From NCBI GenBank assembly GCA_900544335.1, contig UQUS01000001.1:6853-70852 (forward strand): DNA of 64,000 bases, read 5' to 3'. Shown here one piece after another: positions 27,029 through 36,401 of the stretch (the stretch's first letter is position 1; every line of letters starts with the position of its first letter). Source of the stretch: an uncultured Sutterella sp. (GTDB lineage: Bacteria > Pseudomonadota > Gammaproteobacteria > Burkholderiales > Burkholderiaceae_F). A program made the translations under genes and the position numbers. Under the pieces are notes generated by a model. That model was given only the letters and a program-made list of their open reading frames with translations, had not been told where the DNA came from and made no database searches.

Positions 27029-29008
27029 ATGCAGCTTTTTTTTGAAGAGGACGGAAACTACAAATCCGGCGTGATTCTCAAACATGAGGGCAATGCCTAT
27101 CAGGTTGAGCTTGCGAGCGGAAAACGTACGAAAGTCAAAGGAGGTCACGTTCTCTTTGAATTCGATTACAGCGGGTCGGACTTTATGGAGGCGGCTAAAA
27201 AGACCGCCTCCGAAATCGACCCTTCGTTTCTCTGGGAGGCCGCTGCCGATCAGGAAATCGACTATACGACACTGGCGACCGAGTACTTCGGATCGCCGAC
27301 ACCTGTTGAGCGTGCGGCAGTCTTTCTTGCCTTGCAAGGCAATCCCGTCTACTTTTATAAAAAAGGTCGGGGTGTGTTTAAACCGGCTCCGCGCGAGACA
27401 CTCGAGCGGGCTTTGCAGGCAATCGAGAGGCGTAAGAAACTTGAAGAGCACCGAAAGCAGATGACAAGCGACATGGTTGCAGGCATCCTTCCCGAGGTGA
27501 TTCGTACGCAGGCCTATGCGCTCTTACTACGCCCGGACAAGAACTCCATGGAGTGGAAGGCTTTAAACGATGCCGCGAGTGTGGAGCGGATTTCGCCCTT
27601 GGCGCTCCTGCTCAAACTCGGAGCCATCACAAGCCCCTACGCCTGGCATGTTCAGGGCTTTTATTTCGAGCATTTCCCACAAGGTCAGGGATTTGCAAAA
27701 AATCTTCCGGCACCGAAGGCCTACGCCGGGGAATTGCCGCTTGCCGATGTTCAGGCCTTTTCCATCGACGATTCGTCGACAACGGAAATCGATGATGCAA
27801 CGAGCATGACCGATATCGGAAACGGACGACTGAAACTTGGGATTCACATCGCGGCGCCGGCACTTTTAATCGAAAGAGACTCGCCGCTCGATCGGGTTGC
27901 GCGAGAGCGCCTTTCGACGGTCTACGGTCCGGGAATTAAAACCACGATGCTTCCGACCGATTGGATCGAAGCGGCAAGTTTAAAAGAGGGAGCAAGTGCC
28001 CCGTGTGTTTCGCTTTATGCAGTTTTGGATGCCGAAACGATGACGGTTTTATCGACGGAGACCTGTGTGGAACGGGTTCCGATCCAGGCCAACCTCCGGT
28101 ACGACACGTTCGAGCAGAACGTGACCGAGGAGGCGATTTTGTCCGAAACACTGAGCATTCCGTATGCGCGTCAAATCAGTCTTTTGTGGCGTTTTGCCAA
28201 GATGCGTCAGAAAGTGCGCGAGGATGTTCGCGGGCGCCCCGAGATGCCGCCTCGCCCGGAGTGGTATTTTGTTTTAGAGGGCGAAGGAGAAAGCGCGCGT
28301 GCACAAGTTCGTTCTCGCATGCGCGGCGCGCCGATTGATTTGGTCGTCTCCGAGTTGATGATTTTTGCGAACGAAATGTGGGGCTTGTGGCTCGAAGAGC
28401 ACAACACGGCCGGTATTTACCGTAGCCAGCGCATGGGTCGCGTCAAGATGAGTACAACGCCCGGTCCCCATGACGGCTTGGGGGTGACCGCCTATGCGTG
28501 GTCGACATCTCCTTTGCGCCGGTATGTCGATTTGATGAACCAGCGACAGATTGTCCGCGTTGCGATGGGACAGTCGCCGGCCTATCAGCCCAAAGACACC
28601 GATTTATTTACGGCAGTGACAGCTTTTGAGTCCGCCTATGAGGCCTACAACGACTTTCAGCGTCGTATGGAGCGGTACTGGAGCCTTCGGTGGATTGAGC
28701 AGGAAGGAAAAACGCAAGTCACAGCCCTCGTTGTCAAGGACGAATTGGTGCGTATCGAGGGTTTGCCGATGATGCAGCGCATTCCGGGACTGCCCGAATT
28801 AGAACGCGGACGGCGGATTTTGTTGCAGGTCCTCGGATGCGATTACATCGAACTGGTGCTCGAAACGCGGTTGGTGCAAGTGCTCGATGAAACGGAAACA
28901 CTGCAAGAAGACGAGGTCGAATCCATGACCGAGGCCTCCGAAATCAGTGATGCGCCCGAAACCGGGAATGTGGAAGCCGACGAAAAGAACGGGGAGGACT
29001 TAAAGTGA
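27029..29008 (+). CDS. rnb: RNB-family 3'-5' exoribonuclease (RNase II-like)
   Basis: 659 aa; RNB catalytic motif FSIDDSSTTEIDDA. Confidence 0.8.
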   Translation: MQLFFEEDGNYKSGVILKHEGNAYQVELASGKRTKVKGGHVLFEFDYSGSDFMEAAKKTASEIDPSFLWEAAADQEIDYTTLATEYFGSPTPVERAAVFLALQGNPVYFYKKGRGVFKPAPRETLERALQAIERRKKLEEHRKQMTSDMVAGILPEVIRTQAYALLLRPDKNSMEWKALNDAASVERISPLALLLKLGAITSPYAWHVQGFYFEHFPQGQGFAKNLPAPKAYAGELPLADVQAFSIDDSSTTEIDDATSMTDIGNGRLKLGIHIAAPALLIERDSPLDRVARERLSTVYGPGIKTTMLPTDWIEAASLKEGASAPCVSLYAVLDAETMTVLSTETCVERVPIQANLRYDTFEQNVTEEAILSETLSIPYARQISLLWRFAKMRQKVREDVRGRPEMPPRPEWYFVLEGEGESARAQVRSRMRGAPIDLVVSELMIFANEMWGLWLEEHNTAGIYRSQRMGRVKMSTTPGPHDGLGVTAYAWSTSPLRRYVDLMNQRQIVRVAMGQSPAYQPKDTDLFTAVTAFESAYEAYNDFQRRMERYWSLRWIEQEGKTQVTALVVKDELVRIEGLPMMQRIPGLPELERGRRILLQVLGCDYIELVLETRLVQVLDETETLQEDEVESMTEASEISDAPETGNVEADEKNGEDLK

Positions 29009-29814
29009 GCCGACTTTTTTATGTCATCGGAAATCCGATTGAGCATTCGCTTTCGCCGGTCATTCACGCTGCCTTTGCACAAAAAACCGGTTTAGATATT
29101 TGCTACGAAAAGCGCCTATTTGACGTTAAGGATTTTGCCGGTCAGTTGCGCCGACTTTTGGCCTCCGAGCCCGTGTGCGGCGCCAATGTGACGGTCCCCT
29201 TTAAAAGAGAGGCCTATCAGGTTTGTACGACGATAAGCGAGAGAGCACGCCTCGCGGGAGCTGTTAATACGCTTTCCTTTCAAAAGGACGGAGGCGTTTT
29301 CGGTGACAATACGGACGGAATCGGCTTTGTAAACGATTTAAAGCGCCTTTACGGGGGAAAGCTTTCCGAGGCACGAGTCCTTTTGCTCGGAGCAGGCGGT
29401 GCGGCGCGGGGTCTTTTGGCTGTTCTTCCGACCTGTGTTCGCGCTGTGACGGTGGCTAATCGCACCGAGGCTAAGGCCTTTGACCTTGCCGCGGCGTTCG
29501 GTGTTTGCGCCAGTTCACTGGAAGATGCAAAAAACGGCACTTGGGAAATTGTTGTCAATGCAACGAGCGCCAGTTTGTCCGGTGCGGTTCCTGCCGTCGA
29601 TCCGGGGGTTTTTGCCCGCTCTCAGCTCTGCTACGACCTTATGTATGCGCGTACGGCAACGCCTTTTATGCAAGCGGCCCAAAGCGCCGGATGCCCGAAC
29701 GTGTACGACGGACTCGGAATGCTCGTGGAGCAAGCGGCGGAAAGCTTTCAACTCTGGAACGAAATCCGTCCGCCCGTCGAGTCGGTTCTTGCGGCGTTGC
29801 GCGCGCCGCATTAA
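29005..29814 (+). CDS. aroE: Shikimate dehydrogenase AroE
   Basis: MSRLFYVIGNPIEHSLSP is the shikimate-binding N-terminus; Rossmann GAGGAARG. Confidence 0.9.
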   Translation: MSRLFYVIGNPIEHSLSPVIHAAFAQKTGLDICYEKRLFDVKDFAGQLRRLLASEPVCGANVTVPFKREAYQVCTTISERARLAGAVNTLSFQKDGGVFGDNTDGIGFVNDLKRLYGGKLSEARVLLLGAGGAARGLLAVLPTCVRAVTVANRTEAKAFDLAAAFGVCASSLEDAKNGTWEIVVNATSASLSGAVPAVDPGVFARSQLCYDLMYARTATPFMQAAQSAGCPNVYDGLGMLVEQAAESFQLWNEIRPPVESVLAALRAPH

Positions 29815-29988
29815 AAAGGGCGATTGTTTTCTTTTTGTTTGAATTTAAACGTTTTTTCAGGTGCCGTCCTCCTCGCGGTACGACCCCTGAAAGCCGTATA
29901 ATTTCGATTCCCCCCAAGTAAGGCGCATTCGTTTCAATCGTTGTAAAGAATAACCGACTCCGGAATCACTCCTTTCGGGAGCTGTCTG

Positions 29989-31488
29989 ATGTGCGAAAGT
30001 GAACTTGAAAAAAAAGAGCCTGACGTGCACAGCCCCGATACCGGGGAGGTTTCCGCGTTGGCGCCCGAAGAAGCCAGTCTGGCCCTGTCTCAAATCACGC
30101 AGGTTATCGAGCGGGAAGAGCAAAACGGAACTCGGCAGACAACCGATCCGGAGCATCCGCTTGCCAAGCCTTTGAGCAATCAGGCCAAAGCGGACCTGCG
30201 AGAAATCTTAAAGACACTTCACCCGGCCGACGTTGCGTATGTGCTCGAGGCGCTCCCGCCCGATGACCGTCTGGCCGTTTGGCAACTCGTCGATCACGAA
30301 GACGAAGGCGACGTGCTCGTCGAAGTGAGCGACGGCGTGCGCGAAACGCTCATTGAGGCGATGACGTCCGATGAGCTCGTCGATGCCGTCGAGACCCTCG
30401 ATACGGACGAAATCGCCGACATCGTGCAGGACTTGCCGCCCGATGTGGTCGCGGAAGTGCAAGAGGGCTTGTCGCATGAAGAGCGTGCGCAGTTGCGCGC
30501 GGCGATGAGTTATCCGGAAAACAGCGTCGGTGCGCGCATGGACTTTGAGATGATTTCGGTTCGGGAAGATATCACGCTCGAAGCGGTTTTAAAGTACTTG
30601 CACCGGTTTGAAAATCTTCCAGACCACACTGACCAACTTTTCGTCGTCGATCGCAAGGGGCAGTTTCTCGGCGTCCTTCCCGTCAGCTTGATTTTGGTGC
30701 ACGAGTCGTTCGTGACCGTCTCGGATTTGGTTCAGACAGACATTCTGACCTTAAACCCCTTGGATAACGCCGAGGATGCGGCGCACGCTTTCGAACGCTA
30801 TGACCTTGTAAGTGCCCCGGTTGTCGACGAGGCAGGGCGCCTTGTCGGACGTTTGACAGTTAACGACGTACTCGATGTGATTCAGGAAGGCAACAACGAA
30901 GACGTTTTGGCCTCGGTCGGTTTAAGTGACGAGCAAGATATCTTTGGTAACGTCTGGGAAACGGCCAAGAGCCGGTGGCTCTGGCTCGGAGTGAACCTAT
31001 GTACGGCGTTTTTCGCCTCACGCGTGGTCAACGCGTTTGACGGAACCATCGAACGCGTGGTGGCCTTGGCTGCCTTAATGCCTGTTGTGGCCGGAATGGC
31101 CGGCAATTCCGGGAACCAGACGCTTACGCTTCTCGTGCGTTCGCTCGCGATGGGTCAAGTGACCCGTTCCAATGAACAAGATCTCATTTACAAAGAAGTT
31201 TGGATTTCGGTTATTAACGGACTCGTCTGGGGCGCGATTGCCGGTCTTTTTGTTTGGCTCCTTTATTTTGATAGTCCCTACGGGAAAACGCTCGGCTTTG
31301 TAATGTTCCTGGCGATGGTTCTTAACTTTGTTCTCGGGGCCGTTGTGGGACTTGCCGTTCCGCTCCTTTTAAAGTACTTCGGACGAGATCCGGCCTTAGG
31401 CGGGTCGGTCTTACTGACCTTCTCGACCGATTCCGGAGGCTTTTTAATTTTCCTGGGTCTGGCGACGCTGTTTTTCCCGACCGGGTAG
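29989..31488 (+). CDS. mgtE: Magnesium transporter MgtE
   Basis: MgtE N-domain, tandem CBS domains and a five-TM C-terminal domain; 499 aa. Confidence 0.9.
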   Translation: MCESELEKKEPDVHSPDTGEVSALAPEEASLALSQITQVIEREEQNGTRQTTDPEHPLAKPLSNQAKADLREILKTLHPADVAYVLEALPPDDRLAVWQLVDHEDEGDVLVEVSDGVRETLIEAMTSDELVDAVETLDTDEIADIVQDLPPDVVAEVQEGLSHEERAQLRAAMSYPENSVGARMDFEMISVREDITLEAVLKYLHRFENLPDHTDQLFVVDRKGQFLGVLPVSLILVHESFVTVSDLVQTDILTLNPLDNAEDAAHAFERYDLVSAPVVDEAGRLVGRLTVNDVLDVIQEGNNEDVLASVGLSDEQDIFGNVWETAKSRWLWLGVNLCTAFFASRVVNAFDGTIERVVALAALMPVVAGMAGNSGNQTLTLLVRSLAMGQVTRSNEQDLIYKEVWISVINGLVWGAIAGLFVWLLYFDSPYGKTLGFVMFLAMVLNFVLGAVVGLAVPLLLKYFGRDPALGGSVLLTFSTDSGGFLIFLGLATLFFPTG

Positions 31489-31612
31489 GATTGTTAAGTT
31501 CTGTTAGGTTTCATTTCGTTCCGCGAACAAAGGGAATGATTCCTTTTGTTTCGCGCTAAAGTGTGTGCAGACGGACGAAGAGTCGTTTGTTCGGGCACTG
31601 CGGAGAAGTCAC

Positions 31613-32137
31613 ATGGATAAGAAAATTGTCATGAGTGCCGTTGCGGCAAGTCTGGTCCTTTTAAGCGGATGCCAGAGCACGGGAGATACGTATCGGGCCG
31701 ATACGTACTATGCCGGGTCCGTGAATCAGGCTCAGGAAGTTAAAACCGTTCAAATCGTTGCAATTTTGCCGGCTCGCGTGGCTGTGCCTAACCGTGATGA
31801 TCGCTCGCAGGCGCAGGCCGTGGGTGCCGTCCTCGGTGCCTTGGCCGGCATTGCTATCGGCAATCAGGTCCACAATGCCGGTCGTTCCGATCGCATGATC
31901 GGCGGTGTGGCAGGCGGCCTTGCCGGTATGACACTCGCCGGTGCCGGGTCGGGTAACGAAAACCTCGTCGACGGGGTACAGATTACCTTCCGGTACGACG
32001 ATAAACTCTTTAACTCGGCGCAGGTCGGTCGTGTTTGTGAGTTCAAGCCGGGGACGGCCATCATGGTCTCGCCGAGTCCGAACGAAACGCGTATTCAGCC
32101 GAACAATCCGGGCGGATGCCCGAAGACGACTCGTTAA
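31613..32137 (+). CDS. glycine-zipper outer-membrane lipoprotein (SlyB/17-kDa-antigen-like)
   Basis: Lipobox LLSGC; glycine zipper GAVLGALAGIAIG...GGVAGGLAGM. Start at MDKKIV (31613) with a GGAGAAG RBS. Confidence 0.75.
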   Translation: MDKKIVMSAVAASLVLLSGCQSTGDTYRADTYYAGSVNQAQEVKTVQIVAILPARVAVPNRDDRSQAQAVGAVLGALAGIAIGNQVHNAGRSDRMIGGVAGGLAGMTLAGAGSGNENLVDGVQITFRYDDKLFNSAQVGRVCEFKPGTAIMVSPSPNETRIQPNNPGGCPKTTR

Positions 32138-32149
32138 GGAGGCGTTCTT

Positions 32150-32614
32150 ATGAAAAAAACGTTGTTGATGTTGGCGATGCTCGCCACGGCGCCCTTTGCC
32201 ATCGCACAGACGGTTCCGCCGGACTATCCGGCCCAGCAAGACCGCTCCTTGGAAGCGCAAATTGAGTCGGTTCGCTTAAATTACGAAGACGTTAAAGCCA
32301 AAGCCGAGCAAAAGCTTGCGCAGGAAAAGGCTGCGGCTCAAAAGGCCAAAGCCCAGGAGGCTGCTCGCAAGGCCGCCGCTGCCAAGAAGCTTGCGGCACA
32401 AAAGAGGGCCGCGCAATTGAAGGCTCAGGCCCGTGCCGACAAGCTTGAAAAGCGTGCCGATGAGAGCGCAGAACTGGATTTGCAATTAAAGCGCTTAAAG
32501 GTGCGTCAGGCCACGGCCGGAACCGAGGTTAAGGAAGCCGTTGCCGCCGAGAAGGTCAAGCGCGCGAGCGAGCTTGTCGATGCCGAACTGAAAAAGGCAA
32601 CGGAACAAAAGTAA
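32150..32614 (+). CDS. secreted Ala/Lys-rich coiled-coil protein
   Basis: Signal peptide MKKTLLMLAMLATAPFAIAQ followed by ~120 aa of heptad-like AKAxQKAA repeats. Confidence 0.6.
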   Translation: MKKTLLMLAMLATAPFAIAQTVPPDYPAQQDRSLEAQIESVRLNYEDVKAKAEQKLAQEKAAAQKAKAQEAARKAAAAKKLAAQKRAAQLKAQARADKLEKRADESAELDLQLKRLKVRQATAGTEVKEAVAAEKVKRASELVDAELKKATEQK

Positions 32615-32626
32615 GGAACTTCGATG

Positions 32627-32917
32627 CTATTTGGGCTCAAACAGAGCTTTTAAGGCATCGGCAGCGCCGGACTTCTTGCGAGAGGGTTCGGCGCTTTTGT
32701 TTTCTTGTCCGACTTCCCGGCACGGATACTCTTCTTCGATTTCGTCTTTGTAATGCGAAAGCGGCGAGTCCGATTCTAAAAAGCGGTCGGCCACGGCTTG
32801 CCCGACGCCTTCGTAACGCAAGATGCGGTGCGTATCAAACTCAATTTCCAGAACCCGACCGATTCGGTCGTATCCGGCCGAGAGAATGCCTCCGCGATGA
32901 ATGGGTTTGCGATGCAT
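32627..32917 (-). CDS. KTSC-domain protein
   Basis: ISAGYDRIGRVLEIEFDTHRILRYEGV matches the KTSC domain pattern. Confidence 0.65.
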   Translation of the reverse strand: MHRKPIHRGGILSAGYDRIGRVLEIEFDTHRILRYEGVGQAVADRFLESDSPLSHYKDEIEEEYPCREVGQENKSAEPSRKKSGAADALKALFEPK

Positions 32918-33196
32918 GACGGTCTCCGAAAGAACATCCCTAATTCCTTCGGATTATAGGACGCCCCGCCCGATTGCTCTCGTAACAATTTTTTCGGTCT
33001 TTGCCTTCAAATTCCTACAAATTTTCCGAAACATCCGAGGAAAACTGTGCTAATGTGTCGCGTCCCGAAGGAAAGTGATTTTTCCGACCGTTTTTTCATT
33101 CGCGAGAAGTCGCTTTGGTGTTCACGCTCTCTCATTCATTTGCCCCTGTCGGGATTTCATATGTCGTTGCAGGCCGAGCAGATGAAAGGATGTGTT

Positions 33197-33616
33197 ATGG
33201 CTAAAAAGAAGTTGCTGACCGAGAAAGAACTTCTCGCGATGCCCAAGAAGGACTACATGAACGAACGGCAGGTGGAGTTTTTCCGCAACCGTTTGCAAAT
33301 GATGGAAGCTCAGTTGCAAAGCAACGCCAACCAAACAACGGAGAACCTACGCGAAACAACAGTGGTTCCCGATCCGGCCGATCGAGCCACGTTGGAAGAG
33401 GAGCGCACATTCGAGTTGCGCACACGCGATCGCGAACGCAAGCTTTTAAAGAAGGTGCAAGCCGCCTTGCGCCGTATCGATAACGGTGAATATGGTTGGT
33501 GTGAAGAAACCGGCGAGCCCATCGGAGTTGCGCGTCTTTTGGCGCGTCCGACAACGACCCTTTCTCTAGAAGCGCAGGAACGGCGCGAAATTCGCCAGAG
33601 GATGTACGGCGACTAA
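33197..33616 (+). CDS. dksA: RNA polymerase-binding transcription factor DksA (zinc-finger Cys largely lost)
   Basis: Coiled-coil N-terminus with the DxxDxA tip-like motif region, and a C-terminal GEYGWCEETGEPIGVARLLARPTTTLSLEAQ. Only the first of the C4 cysteines is retained. AAAGGA RBS; ATG at 33197. Confidence 0.85.
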   Translation: MAKKKLLTEKELLAMPKKDYMNERQVEFFRNRLQMMEAQLQSNANQTTENLRETTVVPDPADRATLEEERTFELRTRDRERKLLKKVQAALRRIDNGEYGWCEETGEPIGVARLLARPTTTLSLEAQERREIRQRMYGD

Positions 33617-33736
33617 TCGGACCGTCGAACCGCAATAGGCCGAGAAGGAGGGGGCAGGGTTTTGCCTCCTTTTTCTTTCTTAAGGCTGACTTGAAAAATG
33701 AAAAGGTCCACAGAATCCGAAAAAGGAAAACTCGGT

Positions 33737-34282
33737 ATGCAGCAGTTACTCGGAACAACCATTCTTTGCGTGCGTCGCGGCAACGTCGTTGCCATGGCCG
33801 GAGACGGTCAGGTCACGCTCGGCAACGTGGTTTTTAAGGGCACGGCCCGCAAGGTTCGGCGCGTCTATCACGATAAAGTCATTGTCGGCTTTGCCGGCGC
33901 AACGGCCGATGCGTTTACGCTGGTGGAGCGTTTTGAAGGCGTGCTGGAAAAGCACTCCGGAAATCTGATGCGCTCGGCGATTGAACTCGCGAAACAGTGG
34001 CGCACGGACAAAGCCTTGCGACACCTGGAGGCTATGATGATTACGGCTGATGCGACCACAACGTTGATTGTCTCGGGAAACGGGGATGTGATCGAACCGG
34101 AAAACGGCATTGCCGCCATCGGCTCAGGAGGCTCTTATGCCTTAAGTGCGGCACGTGCCCTGGCCGAGCACACGACCATGGATGCTGAAGCCGTTGCGCG
34201 CGAAGCGCTGAAAATTGCTGGCGATTTGTGTATTTACACCAATCAGAACGTCACGGTCGAAGTAATCAAAGCGAAGGAGTAA
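33737..34282 (+). CDS. hslV: ATP-dependent protease subunit HslV
   Basis: [24 protein letters not shown] with the N-terminal Thr nucleophile region; start uncertain (33698 vs 33737). Confidence 0.9.
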   Translation: MQQLLGTTILCVRRGNVVAMAGDGQVTLGNVVFKGTARKVRRVYHDKVIVGFAGATADAFTLVERFEGVLEKHSGNLMRSAIELAKQWRTDKALRHLEAMMITADATTTLIVSGNGDVIEPENGIAAIGSGGSYALSAARALAEHTTMDAEAVAREALKIAGDLCIYTNQNVTVEVIKAKE

Positions 34283-34285
34283 AGC

Positions 34286-35632
34286 ATGACGGCAGGATCT
34301 GTTATGACACCGCGAGAAATCGTCAGTGAACTGGATAAATACATCGTCGGTCAAGACGATGCCAAACGTGCCGTCGCGATTGCACTACGCAACCGTTGGC
34401 GTCGTGCGCGCGTGCCCGAGCCGCTTCATTCGGAAATCACGCCGAAAAATATTTTGATGATCGGACCGACTGGCGTCGGAAAAACGGAGATTGCTCGGCG
34501 ACTGGCGCGCCTGACAGATGCGCCGTTTGTGAAAACAGAAGCGACGAAATTTACCGAAGTGGGCTACGTCGGCCGCAACGTCGAATCGATTATTCGCGAT
34601 TTGATGGAATCCGGCATGAAGCTCATGCGTGAGCAGCAAAAGAGGCGCGTGCACGTGCAGGCAGCCGAAGCGGCGGAAAATCGCGTTTTGAATTTACTCG
34701 TACCGCCGACCACCCAGGTCACGAACCCGGACGGCACGCCCGTTGCTCCCGTCGAAGGTGTGGCTCGGAGGAGATTACGGGAAGATTTGCGCGCCGGACG
34801 CCTCGACGAAAAAGTGGTCGAGGCAGAGGTTCCGGCCACGGGACCTGTCTTTAACATGATTGCGCCCGAAGGCATGGACGATATGGAAAACCAGCTTCAA
34901 AACGTCTTTGAAAAGCTACAGCAACAACAGAAAGAAAAGCGGCGCCTGAAAGTTAAGGAATTGCTAGAAATCTACACGGAAGAGGAAGCCGGAAAACTGG
35001 TGGATAAGTCCGAATGCATTCGCGAGGCCGTCGATAACGTTGAAAACAACGGGATTGTGTTTATCGACGAAATCGACAAGATTGCTCGCGGGGGTGAGGT
35101 AAACGGAGCCGATGTCTCGCGCGAGGGCGTGCAACGCGACTTGTTGCCGCTTATTGAAGGCACGACTGTTAAAACCAAGTACGGGTGGGTCAAAACTGAC
35201 CATATTCTCTTTATTGCCTCCGGTGCATTTCACCTCTCGAAGCCCTCGGATTTGGTGCCTGAGTTGCAGGGACGTCTGCCGATTCGCGTGGAGCTAAAGA
35301 GCCTGACAAGCCAGGATTTCGAGCGCATCCTCACCTCGACCGATGCCTCGCTTGTCAAACAGTACGAGGCGCTTCTTGCGGCCGACGGTTGCAAGCTTTT
35401 GTTTGATGACGAGGCCATCAAACTCATTGCTCAGTATGCTTTCGATGTGAACGAGCACACGGAAAATATCGGCGCAAGGCGCCTTCATACCGTGATGGAA
35501 AAGCTTTTGGAAGACGCAAGCTTTGCGGCTGGAAATTGCGCCGAATCGAGTTTCAACATCGATGCGGCTTATGTGCGGGAAAGACTCGGTCCGTTAACCC
35601 AAGACGAAGATCTTTCACGGTACGTTTTGTAG
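34286..35632 (+). CDS. hslU: ATP-dependent protease ATPase subunit HslU
   Basis: AAA+ Walker [16 protein letters not shown]; 448 aa. Confidence 0.95.
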   Translation: MTAGSVMTPREIVSELDKYIVGQDDAKRAVAIALRNRWRRARVPEPLHSEITPKNILMIGPTGVGKTEIARRLARLTDAPFVKTEATKFTEVGYVGRNVESIIRDLMESGMKLMREQQKRRVHVQAAEAAENRVLNLLVPPTTQVTNPDGTPVAPVEGVARRRLREDLRAGRLDEKVVEAEVPATGPVFNMIAPEGMDDMENQLQNVFEKLQQQQKEKRRLKVKELLEIYTEEEAGKLVDKSECIREAVDNVENNGIVFIDEIDKIARGGEVNGADVSREGVQRDLLPLIEGTTVKTKYGWVKTDHILFIASGAFHLSKPSDLVPELQGRLPIRVELKSLTSQDFERILTSTDASLVKQYEALLAADGCKLLFDDEAIKLIAQYAFDVNEHTENIGARRLHTVMEKLLEDASFAAGNCAESSFNIDAAYVRERLGPLTQDEDLSRYVL

Positions 35633-35645
35633 GGATTTTGCTCAA

Positions 35646-36401
35646 GTGCACGTTCGGGTCGAAAGAGAGCCGTCCTCCGTAGGGAGCCTTAAAAACACGG
35701 CTCTTTGGCTATTTGATTTGGACAACACGCTTTACGATGCCGCCGGTGGTGTTTTTCATGAAATCCATCGGCGCATGGCGGCGTTTATTGCCGAGCGTCT
35801 TCACGTTTCCTCGGACGAAGCGACACGCATCCAGAACGCCTACTGGCGTGAGTATGGTACGACGTTCCTCGGGCTTTACCGGCAATGCGGAATCCATCCC
35901 GAAGAGTTTTTTCATGCCACGCATGATTTTGACTTAACGAATCTTGTGATCCCGGTTTTTGCTGCACCCAGCGTACGCGCGCTTTTAAGCGCACTTTCGG
36001 GGCGCAAGGTGGTTGTGACAAACGGACCGCACGAGTATGCTTGTCGTGTTCTTTCCGCGCTCGGGATTCGGGATTCGTTTGAAGCGGTGTTTTTTCCCGA
36101 GCAGATGCGGTTTGCCGGTACGTGGTACTGTAAACCGGACAAAAGGGTGTTCTTACGTATTTTGGCGCACTGTCGGGTGCCGGCAACGCGAGCGACCCTG
36201 GTCGATGACGGATTAAACAATCTGAAAGCGGCCAAAGATCTCGGAATAAAAACACTTTGGTGTGCCGGACGCGTCACTGGAAGGCTTTCTCGACGTCCGA
36301 CTTTTGTGGACTACGCCGTGCATGATGTCTCAGAACTTGCGAAAATAGCGGTTAAACCAAGATCGGCAGCTCAGGAGATGCACCGTGTGGAACGCCGTTA
36401 A
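35646..36401 (+). CDS. HAD-superfamily hydrolase (pyrimidine 5'-nucleotidase-like, subfamily IA)
   Basis: DLDNTLY motif I. GTG start at 35646 (no upstream ATG), so the N-terminus is uncertain. Confidence 0.7.
   Translation: MHVRVEREPSSVGSLKNTALWLFDLDNTLYDAAGGVFHEIHRRMAAFIAERLHVSSDEATRIQNAYWREYGTTFLGLYRQCGIHPEEFFHATHDFDLTNLVIPVFAAPSVRALLSALSGRKVVVTNGPHEYACRVLSALGIRDSFEAVFFPEQMRFAGTWYCKPDKRVFLRILAHCRVPATRATLVDDGLNNLKAAKDLGIKTLWCAGRVTGRLSRRPTFVDYAVHDVSELAKIAVKPRSAAQEMHRVERR

Noticed and set aside
29815-29988. Mg2+-sensing leader (M-box) upstream of mgtE
   Set aside because: No M-box consensus is visible. Only a plausible -10 TATAAT (29897-29902) and a GGGAG RBS were seen.
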